Part shown: in pieces, positions 25,983 through 39,571 of the stretch
How the letters are laid out: each line of letters opens with the position of its first letter
Position numbering within the stretch: position 1 is the stretch's first letter
NCBI GenBank assembly: GCA_030704615.1
Contig: CM060732.1
Location: 48,856,001 to 48,920,000 of the forward strand
From: Takakia lepidozioides
Taxonomy: Eukaryota; Plantae; Bryophyta
DNA: 64,000 nucleotides
Reading direction: 5' to 3'
Made by a program: the position numbers and the translations under genes
The notes under the pieces: generated by a model
What the model saw: only the letters and a program-made list of their open reading frames with translations
Databases searched by the model: none
Told to the model about the DNA's origin: nothing

Positions 25983-27664
25983 TTACCCCTCCCCCTCTCA
26001 AAAATTCGTGTCCTCACGGTTTACTGTTTAGGATCAGCAAACCTTTGTGAGCGAGCACCCTTCTGTTGGTGAGAGTCTCGTGAAGGACTCCGTGTGCGAG
26101 CCCGAGTCTTGTCACTGGCTGATGGAGATGATTGAGCACTACCTGGAAATATCTGACCCTCCTTTGGCTGATAACGAGGTAACCTCTCAGGCATAGGAGA
26201 TCCCCGTCGTTTCTTCTCTGCCTCTGAAGTGCATAGTCCTCTGCCATTTCAAAAGAGTTTTCTGAAGCAGAATCCTCGTCCCCCCTTAGGTGTTTTAACG
26301 GCTGAACTTTAAGTGGAATCCTGCGTGGCATGCAATGTGGGCCCACCATGTCTGGAAGTTTAAACTGTACAACTTGTTGTAAGCGCTTGCAAGCAAAATT
26401 AGTGAATGCCCTGAACTCCTTATCCGTATAGGTGAGAGGTGTGTCAATGACTTTGGAATAGTGTAAGTATTTCCAGGCTTCATGTCCCTTAAAGAAAATA
26501 TCCTCAGGGCCGAATTTCTCTGTTGCCAAATTGTTTCAAGCCGAATTAAACCATGAACGAAGTTGGGAATCCTTCTGCATCATAACTTTTGCATCATATA
26601 GGTACATATGAGGTGGCACTGAAGGTAAGACCCAATGATCCCCACTGGAATAACTCAAAAATTGTGATTGCATCTTCTGCTGCTCCATGTGATAACGTGT
26701 CATAAAATAAGCAGCATAGTATAATCCACAGCCCATGACAATACTAGATTTGGTATAGATGTACCCATGTACAACCTGGAAGGCAATTAATTCCTTCAGC
26801 ATGGTACCTGCCTCAGACCAGTACCTTGCAAAGTGATGATCCTCAATGGGTCGATTGTTCGGAAGAACCTTAGTCCGAGTTGCCACTGGCAACCAAATGC
26901 GCATGATCTGGTAGTAATGTGCCAACAACTGCGGAGGACTAAATTTTTTCCAAGCCAAATCCAGCACAATGGGAAAAGGGCATAATCATAGCCCGACTGT
27001 ACTCCCATGCAGCAGGAGTCCTAGGTGGGTTAAAAGCAGCATTCTAGACAAACAAAAAGGCCTTGTTTGAAACAGCTGAAGGAAAGCTTGCAGGGCACAG
27101 AGCATAAAGGTATGGTTGGCACAGAATGGAACAGGTATGTGCGTGTAGGGCTTGCAAATATCGAGTGAGAGAAAATGTACTCTCAATTCGTCCGTCCTTG
27201 CGCCACTGCGTGAGAAGTAAAGCGAGCGTGTAATCCGTTACATCCACCATAGCTACAAAGCTAGTGCTTTGATTGCCCCTCCTGTCGAGACACTGGCTAT
27301 TCGGAGCCACCCCGACTCTTCCGCTCATAACACTTCCAATTTCTTGTTCTTGTTTCTTGGAGGGAACCACCTGCATGAAATTCTCACTTCTGATTGGCTG
27401 TTGCCTGCTTAGGTAACTTCTTAATTTCACCCCCCTCCGTGGACATTCCCACCTGGAATGTCGAGTAGGACAGCACGTGTGGCATAAGTTTATCTTTTCT
27501 GTACTCGGAAAGGGTTCTGTTACTCCTGTCCTGAATGCATTAATGGGCCCACAAACAGTTTTAGCTGATGTACCGGGTAGGTACTTTGACGGCCCGATTT
27601 GTCCTCTTGCACGATGAGACCCACTCTTGCAATCGATGCACTGCAGTGTGCTTCGCCTTAGTGG

Positions 27665-30600
27665 CTACGTGTCCGTTTTAAGACATGCCCCCGACTTCCC
27701 CTCTCCGCGTGGCATCTTCTCCGAGTTTGACTTCCAAACTTCTTCTTCACTTGATGGCCACTTTTCTGACGTTAACCCGCGTCCACCTGTCACTGACCCA
27801 ATGGACTGTGTAACCCGCATGGGCTGTGTTGGGCTGTGACAGGTTGTGTCTAACTGTGGTAAACTGTGATAGGCTGTGTGACACTGTGATGGGCTGTGAT
27901 AAGCTGTGTTACGTTGTGATGGGCTGTGATAGGTATGCGAACACCTGTACTTCCCGCCCTGGTCATACACGCTCGGCTTAAAGACAAGTGCTCCATACTC
28001 CGTTGGTATCACTAGCGCAACCCGTGACTGTTTTTGTGTTTCAACATGCAAATCGTGCTGCAATGGTTTGTCATGGATACCACTGTATCCCTTCAACTTA
28101 TTGGCATTGACTCTACCCAACATTTCTTTGTTAATGGTTTGTAACATGGCGGTGTTATTATCATACATCTTCTGTATGACATAAGGTCCTTTCCATGGTG
28201 ATTTAAGCTTTGAAGCTTTAATCTTCCCCTTCTTCTGCAACTAGAGAACCAAATCTCCCGTCTTATAAGTTTTTATTTTGCCTTCATCAAACTGTTCCTT
28301 CCTCTTCATCTGAATTCTGGTCATGTTATCAGCTGCATCAGCACGTACTTCTTCCACATGGTATAATTCATGTTTCCTGACCTTAATTGAATCTTGCAAT
28401 TCCATTCTCTTTCCCCATTCCGTTCTCATGGTAGGTAACAAGAATTCCACTGGAAGTAAAGCTTCCATACCATAAACTAATTGGAATGGTGTATACTTAG
28501 TGGTGACTTTATATGAAGTCCTGTATGACCACAAAGCTGTCAGCAGTTTTGTATCCCAATCCGTTCTGTTTGCATTGACTATCTTAGCCAAGATAGTACA
28601 TAGTATTTTGTTGGTAGCCTCTGCCTGCCCATTACCTTATGGGTAATACGTTGTACTCTTCCTATGCACAATCATGAACTCTTTAGTCAATAGTTCAATG
28701 GTCTCATTAATGACGTGACTTCCCTGATCACTGATAAATTCCAAGGGACAGCCAAATCGTGTAAGTATGTTCTCATACAGGAACCTTGCTGTGGACTTTG
28801 CTGTGTTGTCCCTCAGAGCTTTAGCTTCCACCCACTTTGTAGTATAATCAGTGGCTGTGATTATATACTTGTTCTGTGTATTCTTGGCTGGTGGGTTAAT
28901 TGGTCCAACAAAGTCTAGTCCCCATTTCTGAAATGGTTCAGTAGGCATCGTAGGATGCAAAGCCATCTTCCCAGATCTCTGCAATGGTCCTAGCCTTTGA
29001 CACTCATCACAACTCTGACAATACTTGTGTACATCCTTGAACAAAGTAGGCCACCAGTAACCTGCAAGTAGTATCTTTCTACTGGTAGTCTCTTCTCCAA
29101 AATGACCTCCAGCCACTCCTTTATGAACTTCCTCCAAAACTTTATTTACTTCATGGTGCTACAAGCATCGTTTAAGTACTCCATCAGGTCCTAGCTTATA
29201 CATTCTGCCCCCTACCATAGTATAAGGTAAAGCATTGATAGCGATTCTCTTCCTCTGCTCCTTTCGATAACTAGGTGGGCACTGACCATGAGTAAGGTAA
29301 TATCTAGCCCAAAATGTTACAGGAAATATAGATTCACTTGTGTACTATGCTAGCAGGTTGATGAACAGTGCTGAAAGGAACTATAGCAGAACTGAAAAAG
29401 AAGCACTGGCAATGATATATGCAGTCGAGAAATTCAGGTATTACCTATTGGGAAGGAAGTTTATGTTTTATGTGGATCACCAGGCTCTGATATATCTGGT
29501 GAACAAACCTTTGATAAGTGGAAGGATAGCAAGGTGGTTAATAATCTTGCACGAGTTTGAGTTCGAAGTTGTTTACAAGCCTGGCCGTTTGCATCTTGTG
29601 GCAGATCACTTGCCACGCCTATGAACAGGAGAGCCCGCCACAGGAGTAGACGGCCAATTACCTGATGCGAGTTTATTTGCGGTGGAGGTGCAGGGAAGCG
29701 CAGATGACTGGTTAGACGCTTCTCATGAGGCATCACAGTGAACATGAAATACTACATGCCAGTGAGGGTTAATCAGCACAAGTGTAGTTGTTACTGACAA
29801 TGTAAGTTCCTCAAAAGCCTGTTGACATTCAGCTGTCCATGCAAACACTGCATCTTTCTTCAGAAGCTTGCTCAATGGTGCTGCTATCTATGCATACCGT
29901 CTAAACAAATCTTCTGTAATAACTGGTTTGTCCAAGGAATCTCCTTAGACTCTTAACATTTACTGGTGGTGGAGAGGCTTTAATGGCCTCTGTCTTTCTG
30001 GGATCCACAAGAAGTCTCCTCTTACACACAATGTGTCCCAAAAGCACCCCTGAGTTCACACAGAAAGTACACTTCTCTGGATTCAAGCCCAGACCTCTCA
30101 TCATGCATCGGGCCAAGCATAACTCCAATTTATGCAAGTGCTCATTCTTAGAGCTGTACACACTGAAATCGTCCAAGAACACCTGCATGAAATCATCCAG
30201 ATACTCATGAAAAGATTCACTTATCACTCTCTGAAAGGTTGTTGGTGCATTACAAAGTCCAAAAGGCATGACTTTGTATGCATAAGCACCCCAGTCTGTG
30301 ATGAAAGCTGTCTTTCCCTGGTCTTCTTCTGCCACTTGCACTTGATTATAACCACTGAAGCCATCCATGAATGAGTACATCTCATGGCCTGCCACAGTGT
30401 CCAATACCGCTTCTGTGAATGACAAAGGGAAAGGATCTTTCTTCGTACAAACATTCAACATCTTATAGTTCACACAAACTCTCAGTTTACCATTCTTCTT
30501 GGGAACTATCAAAATGGGTGACAACCAAGTTGTCTACTCTATCGGGTATATAAACTTAGCCTCAGCCAACTTCTTGATCTCTTCCCCAACCTTCTGTGCA

Positions 30601-31060
30601 TAGTTGGGATTCATTCTGTACCTTGCCTGTTTGATTGGTACTAACCCTGATTCCAGTTCAATCTTATGCTGACAATCTTAGGTGGTATCCCTTTCAGATC
30701 CTTGTAGCTCCAAGCAAATACATCTCTGTATTTGATGAACAGACTCTTAGCTTCCTCAAAGAATTCTAGCTCCAAATCAGCCCCTACCTTCACCATCTTC
30801 GGTTCCTCTTCAGTTCCCACATTCACTTCTCTCACCTGCTCATCAGTTGATTGTCCAACCAGTCACCACTTCATCCTGTAAACTCACAGTGGCTGGTTCC
30901 TCTAGGATTTCCATTTCTCCTTCTCTTTCTTCATAGAAATGTGGTGGGTAACTGCTTGTTTCACCCTCAATTGGTGTTGCTGTCATTACACCACAGCAGA
31001 TACCTTTTAAACAACTTAGGCCTTCCAGCTGCATCTCTGCAACCTGCTCCCACTCTGGGT
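27665..31060 (-). pseudogene. pol (RT-RNaseH-integrase) of copy A; RNase H segment 29306-29716 is inverted
   Basis: RT: SPILIVPKKNGKLRVCV, DGFSGYNQ, MPFGLCNAP, FLDDF. RH on + strand: YYASR...NYS.TEKEALA. INT: H..GH...[20 protein letters not shown]. Confidence 0.93.
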
Positions 31061-32953
31061 GGAGGTTTGTTATTTCATGAGCATGAGCGGCATGAGCGGA
31101 GTAGTAAGACAATCGGTTTTCATGAGCAGAAGTACAAATTTCGAAAATAAAAAAAATAAAAAAACAATAATTTAATGCAATGTGTCAGGAAAAACAAATA
31201 TATTATTCGGCCCCTTGAAGGGAAAATTGCAGTTTTGACAGTTGTGCTCATGATATTTCGTCTTCCGCTCATGCCAATTCCCAGCGACATGTGCAAATAT
31301 GGCGCCGAATTTCGCGGTAATAGGGTTCGTAACCTGAAAAAACGGCGACGTATTTCGCGGTAATAGGTCTCTCTGGCGAAAAATGGTGCCGAATTCCGCG
31401 GCTATAGGTCCCCTCATGACAGATAATTCGGCGCCATTTTTCCAGTGCATGTTCGGACTTAGCCAGTTTTCGGCGCAAAATAGGGAAATTCGGCGCCATT
31501 TTTCCAGACACTGTACCAGTGCATGTTGGGACTTAGCCAGTTTTCGGCCCAAAAAAGAGAAATTTGGCGCCATTTTTCCAGACACGGTACCAGTGCATGT
31601 TGGGACTTAGCCAGTTTTCGGCCCAAAAAAGAGAAATTCGGCGCCATTTTCCCAGACACAGGTACCAGTGCATGTTGGGACTTAGCCAATTTTCGGCCCC
31701 AAAAAGAGAAATTCGGCGCCATTTTTCCAGAAATGGCCCCACAACTGCTTCTGTTGGATCTCAGTTTGAATGGAATATTGCCTCATTCCAGGAGTTTTGG
31801 GGTGCATTTCATTACACTGCAAAAAAAAATCTGATATAGCAAAATGCAATTGAAAATATCCATATGGAGGATTCCCTTTGCCCTATCAATGATTTCTGGA
31901 ATCCCTAAGGAGGAGTTTGTGCAGCTCGTTCACGCTCAACGCCAGTGCATGAATAAAGTCATCAATAGTCACGTTCATCTTCAACCTCTTTAGGTAAATG
32001 TAATACAAATGCTTGCACGGATAATACTTCGAACCCTTCTTTGCTTCCATCAACGAGAAGTCCGTACAATTGCAAGTCGGCTCCACTCCAATCGTAATTG
32101 TGTATACATCGTCGCGTACAGCCGAGCCGGCCGTTGCCATCCGATACACATGCCCAAGGCCGGGTGGGGGTACGTCCACGGAGCTCTGAATAGTGCAAGC
32201 CATCCCAAGAGCATTGGCAATCCAAGTCTCATTCAACTTGTTGGGAGGGTGTCGTCTCTTCACTCTTCCGAATCGCATTGTGGGATGTGCAGAATTGTCC
32301 AATCCGTCTCTACTGGACCGAACAGTCTGCAATGGCTGGGTCTGAGGAACCGGAAATGCGTGGGCCGGGATGTCTGTGCGTTCCACCATTCGAAATCCTG
32401 CTGCAGATAGAGCATCCGCCTCATTCTGAGAGAGGCTGCAACCCAGTGCAACAGGCCAGACGCCCGGAGGCTCCGGCATTCCCTAAATCCCGTACTTGGG
32501 CTTGCCAAATACACAGGTCATTATGTCGTGCCTACAGAACCAAAATGTCTACGTTGTGGCGTGAGCAAATGTGGGAGTCAAAAATCTGCCGCTGAAACAA
32601 GGTGCAGGTACAGCACCGTGTGGGTTCCTCTGAATCATCTCACCACAGCGTGCTTTCGTATCCACCCGGATGGCGCAGCACTTCCCTCGAAATGTCGGCA
32701 ATGTCCTCGCAATTCTCCATTGTGACTCCGACACTCTTGTCTCCACAATGGGAATGTTGTACTGCTTTACTACAGATGGCTCGTTATGTTGCCGGGGCAC
32801 GCGCCCTGTGCTCAAAGGAGATGGCGATCTTGAACGTGCAAGACTTGCGGTGCTCGACGAGACCTCCTCGGGCAACATCACCGGACCACGAGGGAGCGTG
32901 CGAATATTCTTGTCAGCTCGCCATGAATCCTCTTCTCCGCCAGGTGCCTCGTC
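31061..32953 (-). mobile_element. Truncated sister copy of the 14.2-kb MULE-like element (left terminus, subterminal repeats, SWIM-coding 3' end of the transposase)
   Basis: Colinear and near-identical to 43542-45385; begins ggaggtttgttatttcatgagc; ORF 31886-32479 has the SWIM motif CNC...CKH. Confidence 0.92.
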
Positions 32954-33042
32954 GGGCTGAGTGCTTAGAGATTTCCAACTCTTCTATCTTGGAGTTTCCG
33001 CCTCGGATAGCGAAGGGATGGGTGAGCAAAAGCCGCGTGACA
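32953..33042 (+). repeat. 3'-terminal ~90 bp of an oppositely oriented LTR of the same gypsy family
   Basis: Matches 60076-60165 and ends in ...gtgaca; fused directly to the MULE fragment by a deletion. Confidence 0.85.
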
Positions 33043-34190
33043 TCCACTTGATCCAGGTCCAACGGGTTGGGATGTCCTGGTTGTAGTCTCAACCTCAGCT
33101 ATTGGGTCTACTTCTTCATACTCTTCCTCTTCCAATTTCTTCTCTCTGTTTTCATCCTCCAAGTTCTGCCCTTGGGTTTTTTCTTCACTCATGTAACTCA
33201 ACTGCAATGGTGTTGGAGAGTATGAACTCTCCGTTGGCTCTGCCACATCCTCTCCTCCTTCTTCATCTTCCATCTCAGAAACTGGAGTTCCTGTTTTTGG
33301 TGTTCCATGCCAACTCTTATCAAAGATTTCTGTCAAATCTTTTATCCAGGGATGTACCTCAGATCTTTCACCTCGCGGTTGATCTTCTTCTTGTACCAAT
33401 TCCCTTAATCTTTCTTGCAAAGAAAAAGAAGGAGTGGCATCCAACTCTAGTTCTTCCGGTATGGGTGATGTACTCTCTGATCTTAATGGTGTGAGAGGTC
33501 CAGATGATTCCCCTATGTCTATTCCTCTCTCCCAAAGTTATGGATAATTAGCTTTCAGATAACTTTCTCTTTTTGCTGAATATCTCTGGAGTCTAGCTTC
33601 TCTTTCATCACTCATGTCCCATGTCTTTCATTTCTTTAATGTGGCAATAACCAAAACTCTCTTCTGTAGTATCTCTCGTATATGCCTAGGTTTCTTTCAA
33701 GCTTCAATGCACCCTTGGCTATACTAGAAGTCTCCGTTACCATATAACCATATGACAAACAAGTCTGGAAAGCTGTTCTTGGTATGAGTTTGATCCACAG
33801 AATATCCTTTGGAATCCAAGTACAAGCTCCTCATGCATATGAGTATAAACATTCACCTTCCTTTCCTCCCAGCCTTCAAACTCTACTCGTTTGATGGATA
33901 GCAATGCTATCACATAAACCAGTGTTGGTAACCAACGTGCTCTTCCTCTACAGGCCACCTGATAAATCTTTATCACCCCTTTCTCAAGACCCCACTCAGG
34001 GTCAGCATCATGCATTCTCTTAAGAATGTTTTCCTTACAACCGTCTGGCAATTCCAAGAACCTCTTAAAGAATTGTTTGGACAATCTTTCCTTCTCAGTT
34101 TCACAAGGAATTTGATTCACATCAAATTCTTTAATTACCCAACCACCATGATCCCACCAGATGTCTGTCACATCTGGTTGTTCATGACCC
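33043..34190 (-). pseudogene. 5' ORF (~150 aa) and acidic gag-like N-terminal region of copy A
   Basis: Open frames 33737-34190 and 33043-~33620 directly after the PBS; no catalytic motif recognised. Confidence 0.5.
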
Positions 34191-34193
34191 AAT

Positions 34194-34211
34194 TCCCCAG
34201 TCTGGTCGCCA
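34194..34211 (-). promoter_or_regulatory. Primer binding site, probably tRNA-Arg
   Basis: TGGCGACCAGACTGGGGA lies 2 nt after the LTR CA end; TGGCGACC is complementary to the GGUCGCCA 3' end of plant tRNA-Arg species. Confidence 0.75.
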
Positions 34212-34213
34212 AA

Positions 34214-35215
34214 TGTCGAGCTGCTTTTACTCACCCATCCCTTCGCTATCCGAGGTGGAAACTCCAAGATAGAAGAGTTGGATATCTCTAAGCACTCAGC
34301 CCGCTCAGTACAATCAGTCATGACCTGCAACTAGTGAATCATGGTTGTGCTTCCCATTTGTATTCCTTCTTGTCTTCATATTATCAATTTATCTTATCTG
34401 ATACTGAAGCATCAGATTGCTTCAGTATCTACTTAGTTCCAGTTAATCATGCATTCATTTCACAGCTTCACTCATGTCTCTCTACACAATGTGCTTGTAT
34501 CGAATAAGTATCAGATTATGTTTTATCAGGTACCAGGCCAATGTCAAGGTGACTCTAATCCGCCCTACAGTATCACTACAGCTCTGCATGTAATAAGCAT
34601 CTACTATTCATCTTTTCTCCTTCTTTGTGCTCTCGTTCTTCCTCTCCGCCTGATCTCCTTCTCCCATGACCTAGTAGCGCTCCTCGTGAAATGTCCTTCT
34701 TTCCGTTGCCCCTCTCCTTATTTGCCCGCAAGCTGTTCTAACCACCTAACTAATTAACCGTCATCCCTGAAGTAACACGTTCCTTCTGCAAATGTCGTTC
34801 CCTCACAGTCGTTCCCTGTCAATAATAATTGTTCCCCATGTACTGTGACAGGCTGTGTCAAGCTGTGCCGAGCTGTGACTGGCTGTGACGGCTGTGTCGG
34901 GCTGTGCGAAGCTGTGGCGGGTTGTGACTGGCTGTGTAAGGCTATGTCGGGCTGTGACTGGCTGTCACGGCTGTGTCGGGCTGTGCAAAGCTGTGGCGGG
35001 CTGTGACTGGCTGTGACGGCTGTGTCGGGCTGGGACGAGCTGTGTCGGGCTGTGCGAAGCTATGGCGGGCTGTGTCGGGCTGTGATGGGCTGTGTAACCC
35101 CCCTAAAACCTGCTGCTGCCACCCTTAAGGCTCCTGTTGGTCTCAGTCTGCGCAAAAATTAAGGGTACCCCACAGAACCCATAAAAGTGTCTAAGTCCCA
35201 AGCAGCCCTCTAACA
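34214..35215 (-). repeat. 5' LTR of gypsy copy A, inserted in the extra ORF of copy B
   Basis: TG...CA ends, adjacent PBS, homology to the other LTRs. Confidence 0.92.
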
Positions 35216-38200
35216 ACCCCCTGCGAAGAAGACTGAAAAATTAGAATCCTGGCATGTAAATAAGTAGCCATCAGCTGCTTCTCAGGAACAAAGACTCTCT
35301 TGTCAATATTTGAACTCAGGTCATCCACTTGAGTCTGCAGGCCTTCTACATCCTCCTGTAGCTCCGCTATCCTACTATAGACATTGTCTATAGTAGTTGT
35401 GGCAATGTTCTGCACCTGCAGTCTGAGCTCATTCATCTCGCCCTGGGTGAGCTTCCGTGGTGCTTTACCTTCCACTGGCCCTTGTGTTAACCAGACCTGC
35501 ATAAGGTGGTTATCCACCAAGTCGTGTGTGGCACCCCTGAGAGTCTGCTCCTCTATGAGTCTGTACACATCTAACTGCTGCTGTAAAGCCTCCATGCGCT
35601 TCGCATGAGGTTCAACCAGGCCCGCATAGGCAACAGCCAGATTATTGGCTTCCTTCCAAGCCTTGTTAGCCACAGAGAGTTCATTTCTATTGACCATGAC
35701 TGTTTGTTGCAACTCCAGGATGTACTTCTCCTGGTCAGCCTCAACCTGTCTGTACTGTTGGAAAGTATTCTCATTGCGACAGATTGTAGCCTGCAAATCA
35801 ACAATGAGTTTCCCTTGCTCTATTATCTCAGCTTCTGCCATCATACATCTCTCCCCTTGTCTGTTAACTTCTAATGCAGTTTGCTCTAGAGCAGTTGTGA
35901 GTGTAGCACATTGTATGGTCATCCTCTGATGTACTGCCTCCAACTCTGTATGTAGTACGTTCACTTCTTGTAACTTGCCCTCATGCTTCACCTGCAATTG
36001 GTATAACTGTTGCTTATGTGCTTCCTGCAATTGGTCCTGCTCGAGACCTGCTTCAATCAAATGTCCCTTAGCCAACTGCAAGGCAGCCTTTGTGTCCTCC
36101 AACTCTTACTGTAACTTGAGATTGATCTCCTCATCTACCTTGTTAGCACACTCAGTGGCAATTCGAGTCTCAAACTCCTTCCTGAGTTCCTCCCTCAAAG
36201 CTGCCAATTGGGTAGATGGAACATAGGATTTCACATAAGTGCCCAACAAATTGAGTGTCTTGCTTATGGAACTCATAAGCATGGCCTGCTGGGGGTCATC
36301 ATGGTGAACTTTCTGCTGTTCTCCCAGATCCTCCACAGTGTGATGCTTCACCAACCATTCAGGCCATTGCCCCACCAGATCCTCTTCCTGAACCACCTCA
36401 TCCTCCACAAGTGCTGCAGTGTCCTTATATTCTACCCCTGGTACCTCCGTCACAAGTCTGGGTATTACATGCACAGCAGGGATTTCCCTGGACAGACTTT
36501 GCACCTCTGGTACCACTGATTCCCTGACCAAACCAGAGTTTTCATAGAGAAGGTCACCCTTCTCAATTTCTGCCACGACCTGCTCTGTAGTGGGAATGTC
36601 CAACCCTTCTCTTTCCAGAGCAATAGGCTCTGGTGGAACATCATGTACTAACTGAGGTACCTCTGAGACAACCGATTCAACTGGTTGTGATGGCTGTGGT
36701 ACCGAAGTGACTTCTTCTTCCCTCTTCAAAGGTTGTGCTTTTAGTAATAACAGCCCTCTGTGCTGCTGTGCCCCATCCTGCACAAGAGCTTGGGAAACAT
36801 CATCTTGCGGCTTTTTTGAAGCCAGTGGATCCGCCACTACAGTCATACCCCTCTTCTGTCTCTTAGACTGGTGTTGCTTTGCCAGTCCACCCTCACTATG
36901 TGAAGAACCCTACTCTTCCATTGCAGTGGTTGCTGCCTCAAACACTCCCATCTCCTTACGTTCTCGCGCATCAAGTATTCAAGAGTCAAGAATAATCTGA
37001 GCAATGACTGGGCCAGACACGATGATTGGAGACTTAGCAGAAGTGCCCTATAACCTCTTCATCTCTTCCACCAGACCATTGTACATTAACTCTGCCAAAG
37101 CTACATCCTCTCCTCGCAAGGCTTTCAGTATCTCTTCTGTGAATGACCTGCTCAAATACTGTTGGTTCTGTTTCATGGCAAACAAAACGTTCAGTATTTG
37201 GCCAACATCTTTGAGCCCTGGGTACTCGGCTTTGGTGCAAGCTTAACCTTGAGTCTTAAAGAAACTCCCTTCTTGGAACAGATTTCATATTTGCAATCTT
37301 GCCCTGTGCTCATCCACATCCACATGACCCGATGGCAATTTGAACAATTGCTGCAGGTACTGGGGAGTAATTTCTATATCTACTCCCCTCACCTGGGTTA
37401 CTCCCGTCCTAGGCTCAAAGTTCTGAAGAAATTGAAGCATATACTGCCGATGATGCAAGGACCAGTCCTTGCGTAGTAGCCCCTCCAATCGCAACTCCCT
37501 CAGCAGCTGCACTGCCTGCGGTGTAGCAATTGTTTGCTTCTGCAGTATCGTGGTGCTCTTCACCCTGATATCCTCCATTCCCCTCACTCTCTTCATTCTA
37601 GACAAACAAAAAGACCTTGTTTGAAATAGCTGAAGAAAAGCTTGCAGGGCACAGAGCATAAAGGTATGGTTGGCACAGAATGGAACGGGTAAGTGCGTGT
37701 AAGCCTCTGGGGCTTGCAAGTATCGAGTGAGAGAGAATGTACTCTCAACCCGTCCGTCCTTGTGCCACTGCGTGAGAAGTAAAGCGAGCGTGTAATCTGT
37801 AATATCCGCCATAGCTACAAAGCTATAGCTTTGATTGCCTCTCCTGCCGAGACGCTGGTTATTTGGAGTCACCACGACTCTCGCGCTCATAACCCTGCTA
37901 ATTTCTTGCTCTTGTTTCTTGGAGGAAACCACCTGCATGTAATTCTCGCTCATGATTGGCTGTTGCCTCCTTGGGTAACTTCTTAATTTAACTCCCCTCA
38001 GTGGACTTTCCCCCCTGGAATGTCCACTAGGATAGCACATGCGGCAAAGATCCCCCTTTTCTGTACTCGTAAAGGGTTCCGTTACCCTTGCCCTGAATGC
38101 ATTAATGGGCCCACAAATAGTTGGGTTTGATGTATCGGGTAGGTACTTTGACGGCCCAATTTGTCTTCTTGCATGATGACACCTGCTTTTGCAATATATG

Positions 38201-39571
38201 CACTGCGGTGTGCTTCGCCCTAGCGACCACGTGTTCGTTTCTAGACCTGCCTCCGTCTTTCCCTGTCCGCATGGCACATTCTCCGAGTTTGACTTCCAAG
38301 CTGTCTTTTCTTCCGCCGGCCACTTTTCGGACGTTAACCCACGTCCACCTGTCACTGACCCTATGGACTGTGTAACCCGCGTGGGTTGTGTTGGGCTGTG
38401 ACAGGCTGTGTCAAATTGTGGTGGGCTGTGATAGGCTGTGTGATACTGTGGTGGGCTGTGATAAACTGTGTGGCATTGTGGTGGGCTGTGATGGGCTTGT
38501 GATAAACTGTGTGATGCTGTGGTGGGCTATGATAACTATGCGAACACCCGTGTTCTCCGCTCAGGCCATACACATTCGGCTTTACGACAAGTGCTTCATG
38601 CTCCGTTGGTATTACCGGTGCAGCCCATGACTATTTCTGTGTTTCAATATGCAAGTCGTGCTGCAATGGTTTGTCATGGATACCACTGTATCCCTTCAAC
38701 TTATTGGCATTGACTCTTTCCAGCATCTCTTTGTTAATGGTTTGTAACATGGCGGTGTTGTTATCATACATCTTATGTATGACATAAGGTCCTTTCCATG
38801 GTGATTTAAGCTTAGAAGCCTTAATCTTCCCCTTCTTCTGCAACCACAGAACCAAATCTCCCGTCTTAAAAGTCTTTAATTTGCCTTCATCAAACTGTTC
38901 CTTCCTCTTCATCTGATTCATTTTGGTCATGTTATCAGCTGCATCAGCACGTACTTCTTCCATATGGTATAATTCATGTTTCCTGACCTTAATTGAATCT
39001 TCCAATTCCATTCTCCTTCCCCATTCAGTTCTCATGGTAGGGTAACAAGAATTCCACTGGAAGTAAAGCTTCCATACCATAAACTAATTGGAATGGTGTA
39101 TACTTAGTTGTGACTTTATATGAAGTCCTGTATGACCACAAAGCTGTCAGCAGCTTTGTATCCCAATCTGTTCTGTTTGCATTGACTATCTTAGCCAAGA
39201 TAGTACATAGTATTTTGTTGGTAGCCTCTGCCTGCCCATTACCCTGTGGGTAATAAGTTGTACTCTTCCTATGCACAATCTTGAACTCTTTAGTCAATAG
39301 TTCTATGGTCTCATTAATGAAGTGACTTCCCTGGTCACTGATAAATTCCAGGGGACAACCAAATCGTGTAAGTATGTTCTCATACAGGAACCTTGTTGTG
39401 GACTTAGCTGTGTTGTCCCTCAGAGCTTTAGCCTCCACCCACTTTGTAGTATAATCAGTGGCTGTGATTATATACTTGTTCTGTGTATTCTTGGCTGGTG
39501 GGTTAATTGGTCCAACAAAGTCTAGTCCCCATTTCTGAAATGGTTCAGTAGGCGTCGTAGGATGCAAAGCC
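35216..39571 (-). mobile_element. Internal fragment of gypsy copy B (integrase, repeat tail, extra ORF)
   Basis: Integrase ORFs 39025-39567 and 38631-39080; extra-ORF pieces 37285-38355, 36106-36846, 35216-36102; bounded on both sides by LTRs of other copies. Confidence 0.9.

Larger units (their letters stand above)
25082..35215 (-). mobile_element. Ty3/gypsy non-chromovirus LTR retrotransposon, copy A (rearranged, with nested insertions)
   Basis: Order on the minus strand: 5'LTR, PBS, 5' ORF/gag, [LTR fragment and MULE fragment], RT, RH, INT, deleted extra ORF, PPT, 3'LTR. Flanks gttac/acccc do not match, so the two LTRs may come from different insertions. Confidence 0.8.

Noticed and set aside
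33737-34330. ORFs starting or ending with ERAECLEISNSSILEFPPRIAKGW peptides
   Set aside because: This peptide is LTR sequence read through at insertion junctions, not a protein domain.
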